From the NCBI GenBank assembly GCA_039194325.1, contig JBCCWC010000003.1, positions 160,001 through 224,000 on the forward strand: a stretch of DNA of 64,000 nucleotides, written 5' to 3'. The translations under genes were made by a program, and so were the position numbers. The notes beneath the pieces were generated by a model. That model did no database searches. It was not told the origin of the DNA and saw only the letters and a program-made list of their open reading frames with translations. This DNA is from Myxococcota bacterium (GTDB lineage: Bacteria > Myxococcota_A > Polyangia > Nannocystales > Nannocystaceae). Positions 1-9,373 of this stretch are shown in pieces. Each line of letters begins with the position of its first letter. The first letter of the stretch is position 1.

Positions 1-693
1 TACGACAACGGTGATCTGCTCTGCGACGCCAGCTGTGGAGCCTACGATCTGGGGACCTGCGGGATCTGTGGCAATGGGGTGGCCGACGGCGGCGAAGACT
101 GCGACGGCCTCGATCTGGGGGGGCAGACCTGCGTGTCCCTGGGAGGAGGGGGCGGCACCCTGGGCTGCGACGCGACCTGCGGCTTCGACTTCATCGGCTG
201 TGACTTCTTACCGCAGCAGTACGACCTGAGCCTGCCCAACAGCATGGGCACCACCAGCAACTTCTTCCGCGGCCACGGCTTCGATGCCGACGGCGACGGC
301 ACGTTGCTCGACTTCGACGTCTACCTCGACCTGGGAGCGCCCTGCGATCTGGACTTCTACGTCTTCGAGGCACCCGCCTTGGGAGGGCCCTACACCCAGG
401 TGGTGCGGACCACGGTCAACTCCGGGCCCGGGCTCGATTACTACGCGGCCGGGATCCCCCCGGTGCCGATCACCAACGGCATGTACTACATGACCGGTGT
501 GGCGTGGAACTGCATGGCGACCTACTACTGGGACAGCACGGGGGCCTTCGCGGGGGTCGACGGCGGGATCGGGATCTTCAACATCAGCCACTGGGACAAC
601 ACCTACCCGGGGGCGTCGGACGCCTACGTGCCGCCCAACAATGGTAGCGGCAACACGGTGTACGTGCACCGGATCCTCTACTCGGGGCTGTAG
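1..693 (+). CDS. Cys-rich extracellular myxobacterial protein, 5'-truncated by window edge
   Basis: Frame open from base 1 (YDNGDLLCDASC...CGNGVADGGEDCDG...CDATCGFD), resembling Myxococcus cysteine-rich repeats; GC3-biased codons; TAG at 691-693. Confidence 0.75.
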   Translation, partial: YDNGDLLCDASCGAYDLGTCGICGNGVADGGEDCDGLDLGGQTCVSLGGGGGTLGCDATCGFDFIGCDFLPQQYDLSLPNSMGTTSNFFRGHGFDADGDGTLLDFDVYLDLGAPCDLDFYVFEAPALGGPYTQVVRTTVNSGPGLDYYAAGIPPVPITNGMYYMTGVAWNCMATYYWDSTGAFAGVDGGIGIFNISHWDNTYPGASDAYVPPNNGSGNTVYVHRILYSGL

Positions 694-723
694 ATCTGGC
701 CGTAGATCTGGCCCGATCTACGG
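690..723. terminator. 12-bp tandem duplication plus hairpin between convergent genes
   Basis: GTAGATCTGGCC x2 (690-713); inverted repeat CCGTAGATC (700-708)/GATCTACGG (715-723). Confidence 0.45.
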
Positions 724-745
724 GCCGCCGGGCGAAGGCCCGCGC

Positions 746-1213
746 TCACCCTTTGTTCTGCTCGGGTGCTGGCCTGCGCTCCGGCTCCGGGCCTAGATCC
801 CGCCGGTACGGTCCGATCATCTCCCGGAATTCCGTCGACCAGGATACCGGTCGCTTCGTCTGCGGATCCACCCGCACGATCACCCGCTGTCCCTTAGCGT
901 GATCGACGTCCTCGTCCAGCGGCATGACCCGCAGCCCGAAGGTCAGCGAGGTATTCCCCAGTGTCTCCACCCAAACCCGCACCCGCACCTGGCCGGTGCC
1001 CGTGACCGGACGCAGGTACTCGATGTGGTTGGATCGCACCAGGTGGTACTGGTCGGGGTTCTCGTTGAAGTCGAGCGCCCCGCCCCAGCCCATGTGCCGC
1101 CAGAACGACCCGATCGCGTGCTCGAACAGCAGCAGGTATCGGGCGTTGTGGAGGATCTGGAACGCGTCGAGGTCGTCGAAGTAGACCCCGTGAATCCGCT
1201 CGTGGAAGCGCAT
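746..1213 (-). CDS. Acyl-CoA thioesterase (4HBT/YbgC hot-dog fold)
   Basis: VYFDDLDAFQILHNARYL matches the D-x-D-x3-(V/I)-x-N-x2-Y motif; 155 aa. Confidence 0.85.
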   Translation of the reverse strand: MRFHERIHGVYFDDLDAFQILHNARYLLLFEHAIGSFWRHMGWGGALDFNENPDQYHLVRSNHIEYLRPVTGTGQVRVRVWVETLGNTSLTFGLRVMPLDEDVDHAKGQRVIVRVDPQTKRPVSWSTEFREMIGPYRRDLGPEPERRPAPEQNKG

Positions 1214-1227
1214 GGGGCTCGCCGTGC

Positions 1228-2427
1228 TCAGCTCAGGGCCATCAGTCGGTCGATGTTGGCCTTGAGCAGGGCGCTCAGCTCGTGCATCTGGGCCGCGCGC
1301 AGGCGCGGCAGATCGATGACGAAGTCGGTGCGGCGATCCTTGGAGAACATGCCGGTCTTGTCGACCTCGAGCCAGATCTTCATGTTGGTGCCCAGGTACT
1401 GGATGATGACGTTGATGGCGTCGATGCCCACGCGGCGGGCGAGCTGTGCGGGCGGGTGGAACTTGCCCTTGAACTCCTGGCCCAGCGGCTTGGACTCGAG
1501 GTCGACCACGCGGAAATCGAGCGCACCCAGGGCGTCACGGATCCGCTCGATGTCGCTGTTGCGCATGGTGATCGGCACCTCCACGTCGATGTCGTAGGCC
1601 CACGCGATGTCGACATAGCCGCGCAGCTCCCAGTGCACGTCTTTGCCGCTGATCGAGGTGGCCGAGGGCACTCGCAGCTTGAAGGGCATGGGCACCACGT
1701 CGCCCTTCTTGCACTTCCACGGGCCCTGCTTGACGATCATGCGATCCCACGAGTGGCCCTTCTTGGCGCCCTTACGGTGCACCTCGACCAGATCGACGGT
1801 GATCGACGTGATCGTCTCGTTGTCCGTCGCGGTGAACTCGACAAAGCCCTCGAGGACGCTGTCGTTGGTGAAGGTGTCGGCGGGCAGGGCCACCAGGAGC
1901 ACACCGTTGTTGTTGGCGCCTTGGCGGCGATAGGTCAGCGCGGAGGGAAGCGGCGCCTGGGTACCGCCGACCGCCAGGCCCGTCGGGGTGGCCGCCGGAG
2001 CGGCCATAGGAGCGGCGGCCGGAGCCGACGGCGTGGAGTAGTGCGACTGCGCCTGCTGCTTGCGAGCTTCCATCATGGCCAGCAGCTCAGCGGGCAGGGC
2101 GCCCATGACCGTAGCGCCTTGCTGACCCCCTCCTTGCCACTGCACCGAAAGCGGCACATGGCCGACGAATATCTGCTGCCCTGGCAGCAGCTCGATCGGC
2201 TCTCGCCCCACGGGGGCGCCATTGATCCACGTGCCGTTCGACGACCCCATGTCCCGGACGAATGCACGACCATGCTGCAGGAACACCTCGCAGTGACGGC
2301 GTGACACGCTTGGGTCGGGCGTGACGAGGTTGACCGACTGCTCGTCGCGACCGATCAGCAAGTGGGGTGTGGCCTCGGTGAGCGCGGCGATCGAGTGGCC
2401 GATCTGAAGCTGAATCGTTCCCTGCAT
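1228..2427 (-). CDS. FHA domain fused to Spo0M/arrestin-like domain
   Basis: FHA motifs IGR, SVSRRHC, DMGSSNGTWING; Ala/Pro linker; C-terminal beta-rich region (PFKLRVP..TSIS...WELRGYVDIAWAYDID...ALGALDF) resembling Spo0M. Confidence 0.75.
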   Translation of the reverse strand: MQGTIQLQIGHSIAALTEATPHLLIGRDEQSVNLVTPDPSVSRRHCEVFLQHGRAFVRDMGSSNGTWINGAPVGREPIELLPGQQIFVGHVPLSVQWQGGGQQGATVMGALPAELLAMMEARKQQAQSHYSTPSAPAAAPMAAPAATPTGLAVGGTQAPLPSALTYRRQGANNNGVLLVALPADTFTNDSVLEGFVEFTATDNETITSITVDLVEVHRKGAKKGHSWDRMIVKQGPWKCKKGDVVPMPFKLRVPSATSISGKDVHWELRGYVDIAWAYDIDVEVPITMRNSDIERIRDALGALDFRVVDLESKPLGQEFKGKFHPPAQLARRVGIDAINVIIQYLGTNMKIWLEVDKTGMFSKDRRTDFVIDLPRLRAAQMHELSALLKANIDRLMALS

Positions 2428-2566
2428 GGGGCCTCCGGGGGTTCGGTTCGGCGGAGCCGGACCTTAGCATGCCCGATGCGCGGAATTGGACGACGTTCGG
2501 CCGTGGTGCGGCCGGAGTGAGGCCCGCGCACCAAGGGGCAGCCAGACGGGCTGCTATGTTGTCGCC

Positions 2567-4021
2567 GTGCGAAGGTTACCCCTTACGTTCACCGTCACAC
2601 TCTTGGTGCTCAGCTGCGGCGACGACATCCCGCCGGGCTCGGATGGCTCGAATGGCTCGAGCGGCTCTACCGGATCCGATCCGACGGGCAGCACGAGCAC
2701 CATGACGCCCACCGGGAGCACCACCGTTGATCCGAGCTCGAGCACGGGCCCCATGACCACCGGGGTGGACTCGTCGTCCAGCGGGATCCCGGTCGAGTGC
2801 GGCAACGGGATGGTCGAGGGCGACGAGCAGTGCGACGACGAGAACGACGTCAACGGCGACGGCTGCTATTCTGATTGCACGCTCCCCTACGAGGTGCTGT
2901 GGACCGAGACTCACGACGAGGCCGGGGACGCGGACTTCGCCAACAAGGCGCTATTCGATGCCGAGGGCAACCTCTACGTGCTCGGTAATGTCGAGGTGGC
3001 CGGCCAGGGCTCCGACCTGTGGCTGCGCCAGTACCTGCCCGATGGTAGCGCCGGCTGGACCTACACCTACAACGGGATGGCCAACGAGGACGAGTTCGGT
3101 ACTCACCTCGCCTGGCACGATAGCGGCGACCTGTTGGTGGTGGGCAGCACCGAGACCGAGACCGAGGACGACATCCTGGTGATGCGGCTGGGCATCAGCA
3201 ATCAGACCCCGGTGTGGACCGACATCTACAGTGGGCCGGGGACGGGGCCCGAGCCCATCGATGTGACCGATTTTGGCGATGGGATCTTCGGAGCCGCCAA
3301 CGGCGACGTGCTGGTCGCCGGGACGCAGCGGGTCGACGGGCAGGAGTACGATATGTGGCTGCGCCGCTACGACGCCGAGGGGAACGAGCTGTGGACGCAG
3401 ACCGTCAACAATGATGCGTTCAATGGTAGCGACTCCGCCGACTCGGTGCTGGAGGATTCCAACGGTGACATCTACCTGGTGGGGGCGACCGAGGTCGCCC
3501 AGTCGATGTTCGAGGCCTGGATCCGCAAGTACGACAGCGCGGGCGTCGAGATCTGGACTCAGCAGCTCCCGGACCGCCGGGTCCGCGAGGCTGCGCTCGA
3601 CCCCATGAACAACCTGGTGCTCGCGGGCTTCAACATTGGGGCCAGTCTCGACCTATGGGTCGCCAAGTACGACCCGGACTTCAACGAGATCGGGAGCACC
3701 GGCCACGACGGACCTTCGGGACTGGCGGACATCGCCCGGGGCGTCGCCGTGGATGCCGCGGGCGACGTGTATCTCGGCGGCTTCGTCACCGTGGTCGGCG
3801 AGGTCGAAAACGTGTGGATCGGCCGCTATCAGTCCGACCTTCAGATGCGCTGGTGGAGCGATTCCTACGGCAACGAGGACTCGACCCTGACCGATGAGGC
3901 CGGCAGCGTCGCCGTCAGCGACGACGGCACCCGCGTGGCGGTGGTGGGCTTCGAGTCGGTGATCGGCCAGGACGCGAACGTCTGGGTTCGCATGTATCAG
4001 AACAACCCCGTGCCGCAGTAG
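2567..4021 (+). CDS. Lipoprotein with Cys-rich repeat and beta-propeller repeats
   Basis: GTG start, lipobox LVLSC, Ser/Thr linker, CGNGMVEGDEQCDD repeat, repeated W(L/I)R(R/K)YD..G.E.W blades. Confidence 0.8.
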   Translation: MRRLPLTFTVTLLVLSCGDDIPPGSDGSNGSSGSTGSDPTGSTSTMTPTGSTTVDPSSSTGPMTTGVDSSSSGIPVECGNGMVEGDEQCDDENDVNGDGCYSDCTLPYEVLWTETHDEAGDADFANKALFDAEGNLYVLGNVEVAGQGSDLWLRQYLPDGSAGWTYTYNGMANEDEFGTHLAWHDSGDLLVVGSTETETEDDILVMRLGISNQTPVWTDIYSGPGTGPEPIDVTDFGDGIFGAANGDVLVAGTQRVDGQEYDMWLRRYDAEGNELWTQTVNNDAFNGSDSADSVLEDSNGDIYLVGATEVAQSMFEAWIRKYDSAGVEIWTQQLPDRRVREAALDPMNNLVLAGFNIGASLDLWVAKYDPDFNEIGSTGHDGPSGLADIARGVAVDAAGDVYLGGFVTVVGEVENVWIGRYQSDLQMRWWSDSYGNEDSTLTDEAGSVAVSDDGTRVAVVGFESVIGQDANVWVRMYQNNPVPQ

Positions 4022-4096
4022 GGTGCTCGGGGGTCGACCGCCGTGCTCTTACGAGCCGGCGGGCCTGAGCCCTCGCGTGCGGTCTCCTCGAGCGCT

Positions 4097-4699
4097 TTAT
4101 ATCGGGCGGGGATTGGCCGCTGGCTTGCCGCCTTTCCTTCGAATGTAGGGAACGCCCGCGGTACGGGGTCGCTTGATCTTACCCCTTCGTCTCGGTCGCT
4201 TCGTCTCGGTCACGGGTGTTGGGGGGTCGCAGGGCTCGTCGACGACGGTCAGTGGTGGTACGGGCACCGGGGTCGCCTCGCCGGCTTCGCCATGGGGGAT
4301 GATCTCGGTTTGGGTCTGGAAGACCGTCGACTCCACCTCGTGCGATCGCACGGTCTGGTTACCGTGCGGGGCACAGGCGGCCAGCGCCGCGGCCATTCCC
4401 ACCCCGGCGACCGCGGCCGCGACATTGCGGGGGCGGCGCAGTCGGGACAGGGGCACCAGCGGGGCGGGGCGGGGGGTTGGCTGGAAGTGCAGCGTGCCGT
4501 CTTGTTCGTGCTCGTAGCTGATGCAGATGTCGTTGCTGGCGTTGGCCTGCAGGAAGTCGCGTGCTTCTTGCTCGGTCATCGACGAGAGATCGTGGACCTT
4601 CTTGCGGCACTCGAAGCAGAACTTGCCCCGCTGCTCGGGTCGCATGGCATCCCAGTCGGCGTGGCACGGCTCGGGGATCTCGATGTCCTGGCTTCGCAC
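4097..4699 (-). CDS. Hypothetical protein with N-terminal Cys/His domain and membrane/lipobox segment
   Basis: GTG at 4699; IEIPEPCHADWDAM...KFCFECRKKVHDLS...DIC, then hydrophobic GVGMAAALAAC. Confidence 0.65.
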   Translation of the reverse strand: MRSQDIEIPEPCHADWDAMRPEQRGKFCFECRKKVHDLSSMTEQEARDFLQANASNDICISYEHEQDGTLHFQPTPRPAPLVPLSRLRRPRNVAAAVAGVGMAAALAACAPHGNQTVRSHEVESTVFQTQTEIIPHGEAGEATPVPVPPLTVVDEPCDPPTPVTETKRPRRRGKIKRPRTAGVPYIRRKGGKPAANPRPI

Positions 4700-4790
4700 G
4701 CGTCGGACCAACGAGCCGGAGGTCGAAGCGATCTGGCAAAAGATCCAGACGGCCCACGGGTGGCGGGTTTGCGGGGTACCATCGGGGCTC

Positions 4791-6275
4791 GTGGAGCGCG
4801 CACGACCCCCTCGCAAGCGTCGTTGGATCCGTTTTCTCGGGCTGGGCCTGGTCGCCTTGCTGGTGGTGATGGTGACCCGGGGCGTGCTCAATGGTCCCGA
4901 GGCCTTCGATCCGGGGCCAGCGCCCGCGTTGCCGGCGGTGGATCCCGCGCTCGCGGCCGAGCGCTTGGCCACCGCGGTGCGGATCGAGACGATCACGCCC
5001 GATCCCGCGCATCCCGAGCGGGTCGAGGCGATGGAGGCGCTCCATGCCTACCTCGAGCGCGAATTTCCGCGAGTGCACCAAGCGATGGAGCGCGAGGTGG
5101 TGTCTGAGCTATCGCTGCTCTATCGCTGGCCGGGCTCGGATCCCGCAGCCGAGCCGATCCTGCTGCTTGCCCATATGGACGTGGTGCCGGTGGAGCCGGG
5201 GACCGAGGGGGACTGGACCCGCCCGCCGTTTTCCGGGGACATCGTCGATGGCGTGATCTGGGGTCGCGGCACCATGGACGACAAGGCGGGCGTGATCGGC
5301 CTGATGTCGGCGGCCGAGCGTCTACTCGAAGCGGGGTTCGTACCCGCTCGGACCCTCGTGATCGCCATGGGGCACGACGAGGAGGTCGGGGGTACGCAGG
5401 GAGCCAAGGTCATCGCCGAGCAGCTGGAGAGCCGGGGCGAGCGCTTTATGTTCGTGCTCGACGAGGGCGGGGCGATCATCAGCGAAGCGATCCCCGGCCT
5501 CGACCGCCAGGCGGCGATGGTGGGGGTCGCCGAGAAGGGCCACGCGACCATCGAGGTGACCCTGCAGGGCGAAGGCGGCCATTCATCGATGCCTCCGCCG
5601 CAAGGGTCGATCGGCCGGCTCGCCGAGGCGGTACGTCGGCTCGAGGACGACCCCATGCCGGCACAGATCGAGGGTGCCACCCGGATGATGCTGGAGACCA
5701 TGGCGCCCCATATGCGGATGGACATGCGGATCGCCTTGTCCAACCTGTGGGTGCTCTCGCCGGCGATCGAGCGTGTGCTTGCCGCACGGCCGGCCAGCAA
5801 CGCGACCTTGCGGACCACGCTCGCCCCCACGATGTTCGATGCTGGTATTGCGCCCAACGTGCTCGCCTCGAAGGCCATGGTCACGTTCAATTCCCGGATC
5901 ATGCCCGGGCAGACCGTCGACGACGTGATGGAGCATGTTCGCGAGGTGATCGACGAGCCGGACGCCGAGATCCGCTGCACCAAGTGCTGGGAGCCCTCCG
6001 CGATCTCCTCGGTGGACGACGAGGGGTTCGACGTGGTGCGGCGGGCGATCGCCCACGTGTTTCCCGACGTGGTGACCGTGCCCTATTTGGTGGTCGGTGC
6101 GACCGACTCGCGCTACTACTCGCACCTGGCGCGGGCGACCTATCGGTTCTTGCCGCTGCGCATGCGGGCAGCGGATCGCAAGCGCATGCACGGTACCGAC
6201 GAGCAGAACACAGTCGAGGGCATGGCCGACGGGGTGCGGTTCTATATGGCGGTGATGATGCTGGCCGCGGGGTGA
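4791..6275 (+). CDS. M20 family metallopeptidase/amidohydrolase (PM20D1/CpsS-like)
   Basis: N-terminal TM; LLAHMDVVP, GRGTMDDK, HDEEVGG, LDEG, GGHSS, GATDSR, MHGTDE. Confidence 0.9.
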   Translation: MERARPPRKRRWIRFLGLGLVALLVVMVTRGVLNGPEAFDPGPAPALPAVDPALAAERLATAVRIETITPDPAHPERVEAMEALHAYLEREFPRVHQAMEREVVSELSLLYRWPGSDPAAEPILLLAHMDVVPVEPGTEGDWTRPPFSGDIVDGVIWGRGTMDDKAGVIGLMSAAERLLEAGFVPARTLVIAMGHDEEVGGTQGAKVIAEQLESRGERFMFVLDEGGAIISEAIPGLDRQAAMVGVAEKGHATIEVTLQGEGGHSSMPPPQGSIGRLAEAVRRLEDDPMPAQIEGATRMMLETMAPHMRMDMRIALSNLWVLSPAIERVLAARPASNATLRTTLAPTMFDAGIAPNVLASKAMVTFNSRIMPGQTVDDVMEHVREVIDEPDAEIRCTKCWEPSAISSVDDEGFDVVRRAIAHVFPDVVTVPYLVVGATDSRYYSHLARATYRFLPLRMRAADRKRMHGTDEQNTVEGMADGVRFYMAVMMLAAG

Positions 6276-6550
6276 GCGGGTGCGCGGCGGGGGGCTGCGA
6301 GACGAGCGCGAAGCCGGACCTTCGAAGCCAACCCTTGGGAAGTAGCGGTGTTGGCGCAGTCGTGACCGGCAGCCGCGAATGTTTGTTGGGTACCTCCCGA
6401 GTCGCTTGGAGTTGTGAGATCTCCAGCACTTCCGAGCGTTCCGCCTGGTCCTATTGGCGGGTCCTGCTACGATTTTGAAGGTTTGGGGCCGGTTTGCCGT
6501 CTGACCGGCCTCTGCTCGACCCCCCCGCGAATTGCCGGAGAGCCCGTCCG

Positions 6551-7153
6551 TTGCGCGTCTTCAAGAAACTCCTCGCCATCGTTGCTCTGGGTCTTTGCGT
6601 CGGGCTGTCGTCCGGTCCGGCCGATGCTCACCTGGCCAAGTGGGGCAGCTGGGAGATCACCCACCGCAACTTGATGCGGCTGTTTCCCGACGCCGACCCC
6701 AACGCCTGGAAGATCAAGCGCTATCAGTACTCGGACAAAGAGGTGAAGATGCTCGAGAAGCAGCTGGGCTTCGAGCTCTATCCCGAGGACAAGGTCCCCG
6801 AGTTCTTCATCGCGCACGATTCCGAGGGCAACTTCTTGGGCGTGGCGATCTTCATCGACCCGCGCACCAAGCCCAAGATCCTCGACGGCGGCGTGCTGAC
6901 CCTCGAGGTGGGCATCGGGGTCAACGCCAAGGGCCAGATCAACCGGGTGCGCGTGTACGACTATCGCGGGAACGTGGAGCTGACCAAGAAGGAGTTCTTG
7001 GGGCAGCTCAAGGGGCGCACGCTGGAGTCGAATTTCACCATGGGCAAGGGCGGGCTCGAGCCGGTGGAGGGAGAGCTCGAAGAGAGCCAGCTGGTGAGCA
7101 ACGCCGGGCGTGAGGCGCTGTTGCTGATGAAGGTGGCGCTGGGGCGCCGCTGA
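6551..7153 (+). CDS. Exported FMN-binding-domain-like protein
   Basis: Signal peptide ending ADA; VGIGVNAKGQINRVRVYDYRG...EFLGQLKG resembles the FMN_bind fold; no [ST]GA[ST] motif. Confidence 0.55.
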   Translation: MRVFKKLLAIVALGLCVGLSSGPADAHLAKWGSWEITHRNLMRLFPDADPNAWKIKRYQYSDKEVKMLEKQLGFELYPEDKVPEFFIAHDSEGNFLGVAIFIDPRTKPKILDGGVLTLEVGIGVNAKGQINRVRVYDYRGNVELTKKEFLGQLKGRTLESNFTMGKGGLEPVEGELEESQLVSNAGREALLLMKVALGRR

Positions 7154-7280
7154 GCCCGCACGGGTTGAGTTCAACGTAGCCTCGGTCGCTCTGTGTGGGC
7201 GGCCTTGAGTCCGCACAAAAGGGCCTTTGTTCGTCGCCGTCCAAGGCTAAAATGATCATTTGGTAGCATCGCAAACCGCG

Positions 7281-8465
7281 ATGCACGGTCTTCCACACCA
7301 GCGCGTGACCATCGGCGCGTTCCGCGGCCTACGCTCTGTCGAGCTCTCGGGATGCGGCCGGGTCAACATCCTCGTTGGAGGCAACAACAGCGGCAAAACT
7401 TCCATCTTGGAAGCGCTGCTCATCTTGGCGAATCCCTTCAGCCTTGAGCAGTGGAGAGGAGTGATTGAGCTTCGTACCGCTTGGCCGCTGGTAGATCGTC
7501 GGTTTGGTCGTGTCGGGACAAATCGACTAGATTCGATTTCGTGGCTTTTTCCGCATATCGACGGTGAGCCGGCGGCAATCGAGCTTGCGGTCGGTGATCC
7601 ACCAAATGGACTGATCGCGACCGTGGAACGAATAATCGGCGAACCACCGGATCGCCCCATCGTGGAATCAGATGAGGTGATGGAAGCCAGCTTCGCACGG
7701 CGGAACACGCATGAGGATGAAGGTAGCGAAGAGCCACTTGAGCAATCTGGGCTAATCATCGAGGTGAGTCTCGGTAAGATGACTACTCAGAGTCACTCGT
7801 TCGACGCAATCGACGACTCATTTCGTATGGTCCTCTGGGAAAAAGGAGCACTTGCTCGAGGACAGGCCAAGTCGGCCTGGCCCTCCATCCCTGTGGCATT
7901 CGCCACCCCAATCTCTCACCGTAGCGATGGTTACTTGGCGGCTCATGTGAGTAAGATCCTTCGAAAAGATCGGAAGCCACGTGCCCTCGAGATCCTACGG
8001 CGGCTCGACTCGAGGGTTATGGATCTCATCATCGTTACTCCCGAAGACTCGGAGTCACGCTCAGTGATTCCCCGGCGTGGGTCGGCTCCAACACTTCATG
8101 TCGAGTTCGAGGGTACGGGTTTGGTACCTGTCCATGCCCTCGGAGACGGGGTTCGACGAGCTCTTCATTTCGCCATCTTGCTGGCTGATCTGGACCAGGG
8201 TGGCCTTCTCCTCATCGACGAGATCGAATCAGCGATGCACATCTCTGTGCTCTCACATGTCTTTGGCTGGCTCTCCAAGGAATGTCTTGAGCGAGGCGTT
8301 CAACTGTTCGCCACAACTCATAGTCTCGAGGCGGTCGACTCGATGCTCAGCGCGACACCGGATGAAGAGCTCACGGTATACCGGCTTCGAGATGGAAAGA
8401 CGCGTCGATTTAGCGGTGAAATTCTACGGGTCTCGCGGACCGAGCTTGGGCAGGAGCTCCGATAG
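7281..8465 (+). CDS. ABC-type AAA_15/AAA_21 ATPase
   Basis: FRGL N-terminus, Walker A GGNNSGKTS, signature-like LGDGVRR, Walker B LLLIDEIE, H-loop ATTHS; lower GC than flanks. Confidence 0.9.
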   Translation: MHGLPHQRVTIGAFRGLRSVELSGCGRVNILVGGNNSGKTSILEALLILANPFSLEQWRGVIELRTAWPLVDRRFGRVGTNRLDSISWLFPHIDGEPAAIELAVGDPPNGLIATVERIIGEPPDRPIVESDEVMEASFARRNTHEDEGSEEPLEQSGLIIEVSLGKMTTQSHSFDAIDDSFRMVLWEKGALARGQAKSAWPSIPVAFATPISHRSDGYLAAHVSKILRKDRKPRALEILRRLDSRVMDLIIVTPEDSESRSVIPRRGSAPTLHVEFEGTGLVPVHALGDGVRRALHFAILLADLDQGGLLLIDEIESAMHISVLSHVFGWLSKECLERGVQLFATTHSLEAVDSMLSATPDEELTVYRLRDGKTRRFSGEILRVSRTELGQELR

Positions 8466-9043
8466 TGATCCGCACCTATTTCGTTGTCGAAGGTCCTCAT
8501 GATGTCGAGGTCATCGGTCGGCTGCTTCGTCGGAGGGATTTACGACGGATCCGGCAACTCGAAAAACTAGAACCTTACTGGCATCCGCTCGTACCCAAGA
8601 GCTATCCGCCGGACGGCGACTTGCAAAAGCGGGTACCAGTTCCCGTATTCTTTGCTGGCGGTGGAAGGTCGATCGCGGTGCAGAGCGCGGGCGGAATCAA
8701 CAAAATTGGCACGTATACGCAGGTTGCTCTGATAAACCTCGATACGGAGCCCGATGCCGTCGGTATCCTCCTGGATGCTGATGAACGAGGACCCATTGAG
8801 ACCTGGAAGCAGTTGAGCGACAAACTCACGACCGTCAGTCTTGGCACGGGCCCTGGTGATGTCGCACAAGGGCCACCGCGCGCAGGTGCGTTCGTGCTAC
8901 CCGACAATGAAGCAAATGGAACGCTCGAGAACCTACTGCTGGAGTGCGCGAGTAAGACCTACCCAGGTCTGCTCCGAGAAGCTCAGATGTGGGTTGATGG
9001 GATAGATACAGAGACCAGGCCGTCCTTGAGCGTCTCGCGATAG
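8465..9043 (+). CDS. TOPRIM-like DUF3226-type protein, probably C-terminally truncated
   Basis: GTG overlaps the ATPase TAG; FVVEGPHD, GILLDAD, LPDNEANGTLENLL; ends earlier than the homolog at 53923-54600. Confidence 0.75.
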   Translation: MIRTYFVVEGPHDVEVIGRLLRRRDLRRIRQLEKLEPYWHPLVPKSYPPDGDLQKRVPVPVFFAGGGRSIAVQSAGGINKIGTYTQVALINLDTEPDAVGILLDADERGPIETWKQLSDKLTTVSLGTGPGDVAQGPPRAGAFVLPDNEANGTLENLLLECASKTYPGLLREAQMWVDGIDTETRPSLSVSR

Positions 9044-9373
9044 CGCGCCAGTCGGAGCGGAACGATCTGTTCCCCCTTCCCCGGATGGTGGCTCCCTGCT
9101 TCGAAGGCTTCCACCATACGTCGAGCGCTGCGAGCTCGGCCGATGCTCTTGGCCCCCAATCGAGGAGCGAACCCGCGCTTTTAGACTCTGGCAGAACGAA
9201 AAGGCGTTGGAACGCACGAGTCTCCACGAGAACCCTCAGCGTACTCTCCTCGTCGTTCATCGGATAAACCGATGAAGTCATTGGGAAATTCATCCTCGTC
9301 GAAATCGACGCATCGCTCCCCACGAAAGGAATTGCATGATCTTTGTTCAATGTCGGGCAATTATTAAACCAGA

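Noticed and set aside
8835..9350. 171-aa minus-strand ORF in the low-GC patch
   Set aside because: Overlaps the TOPRIM gene and has no recognisable motif; at most a remnant.
7154..9373. Flanking direct repeats or IS ends around the first ATPase islet
   Set aside because: None found by eye; no transposase or integrase.
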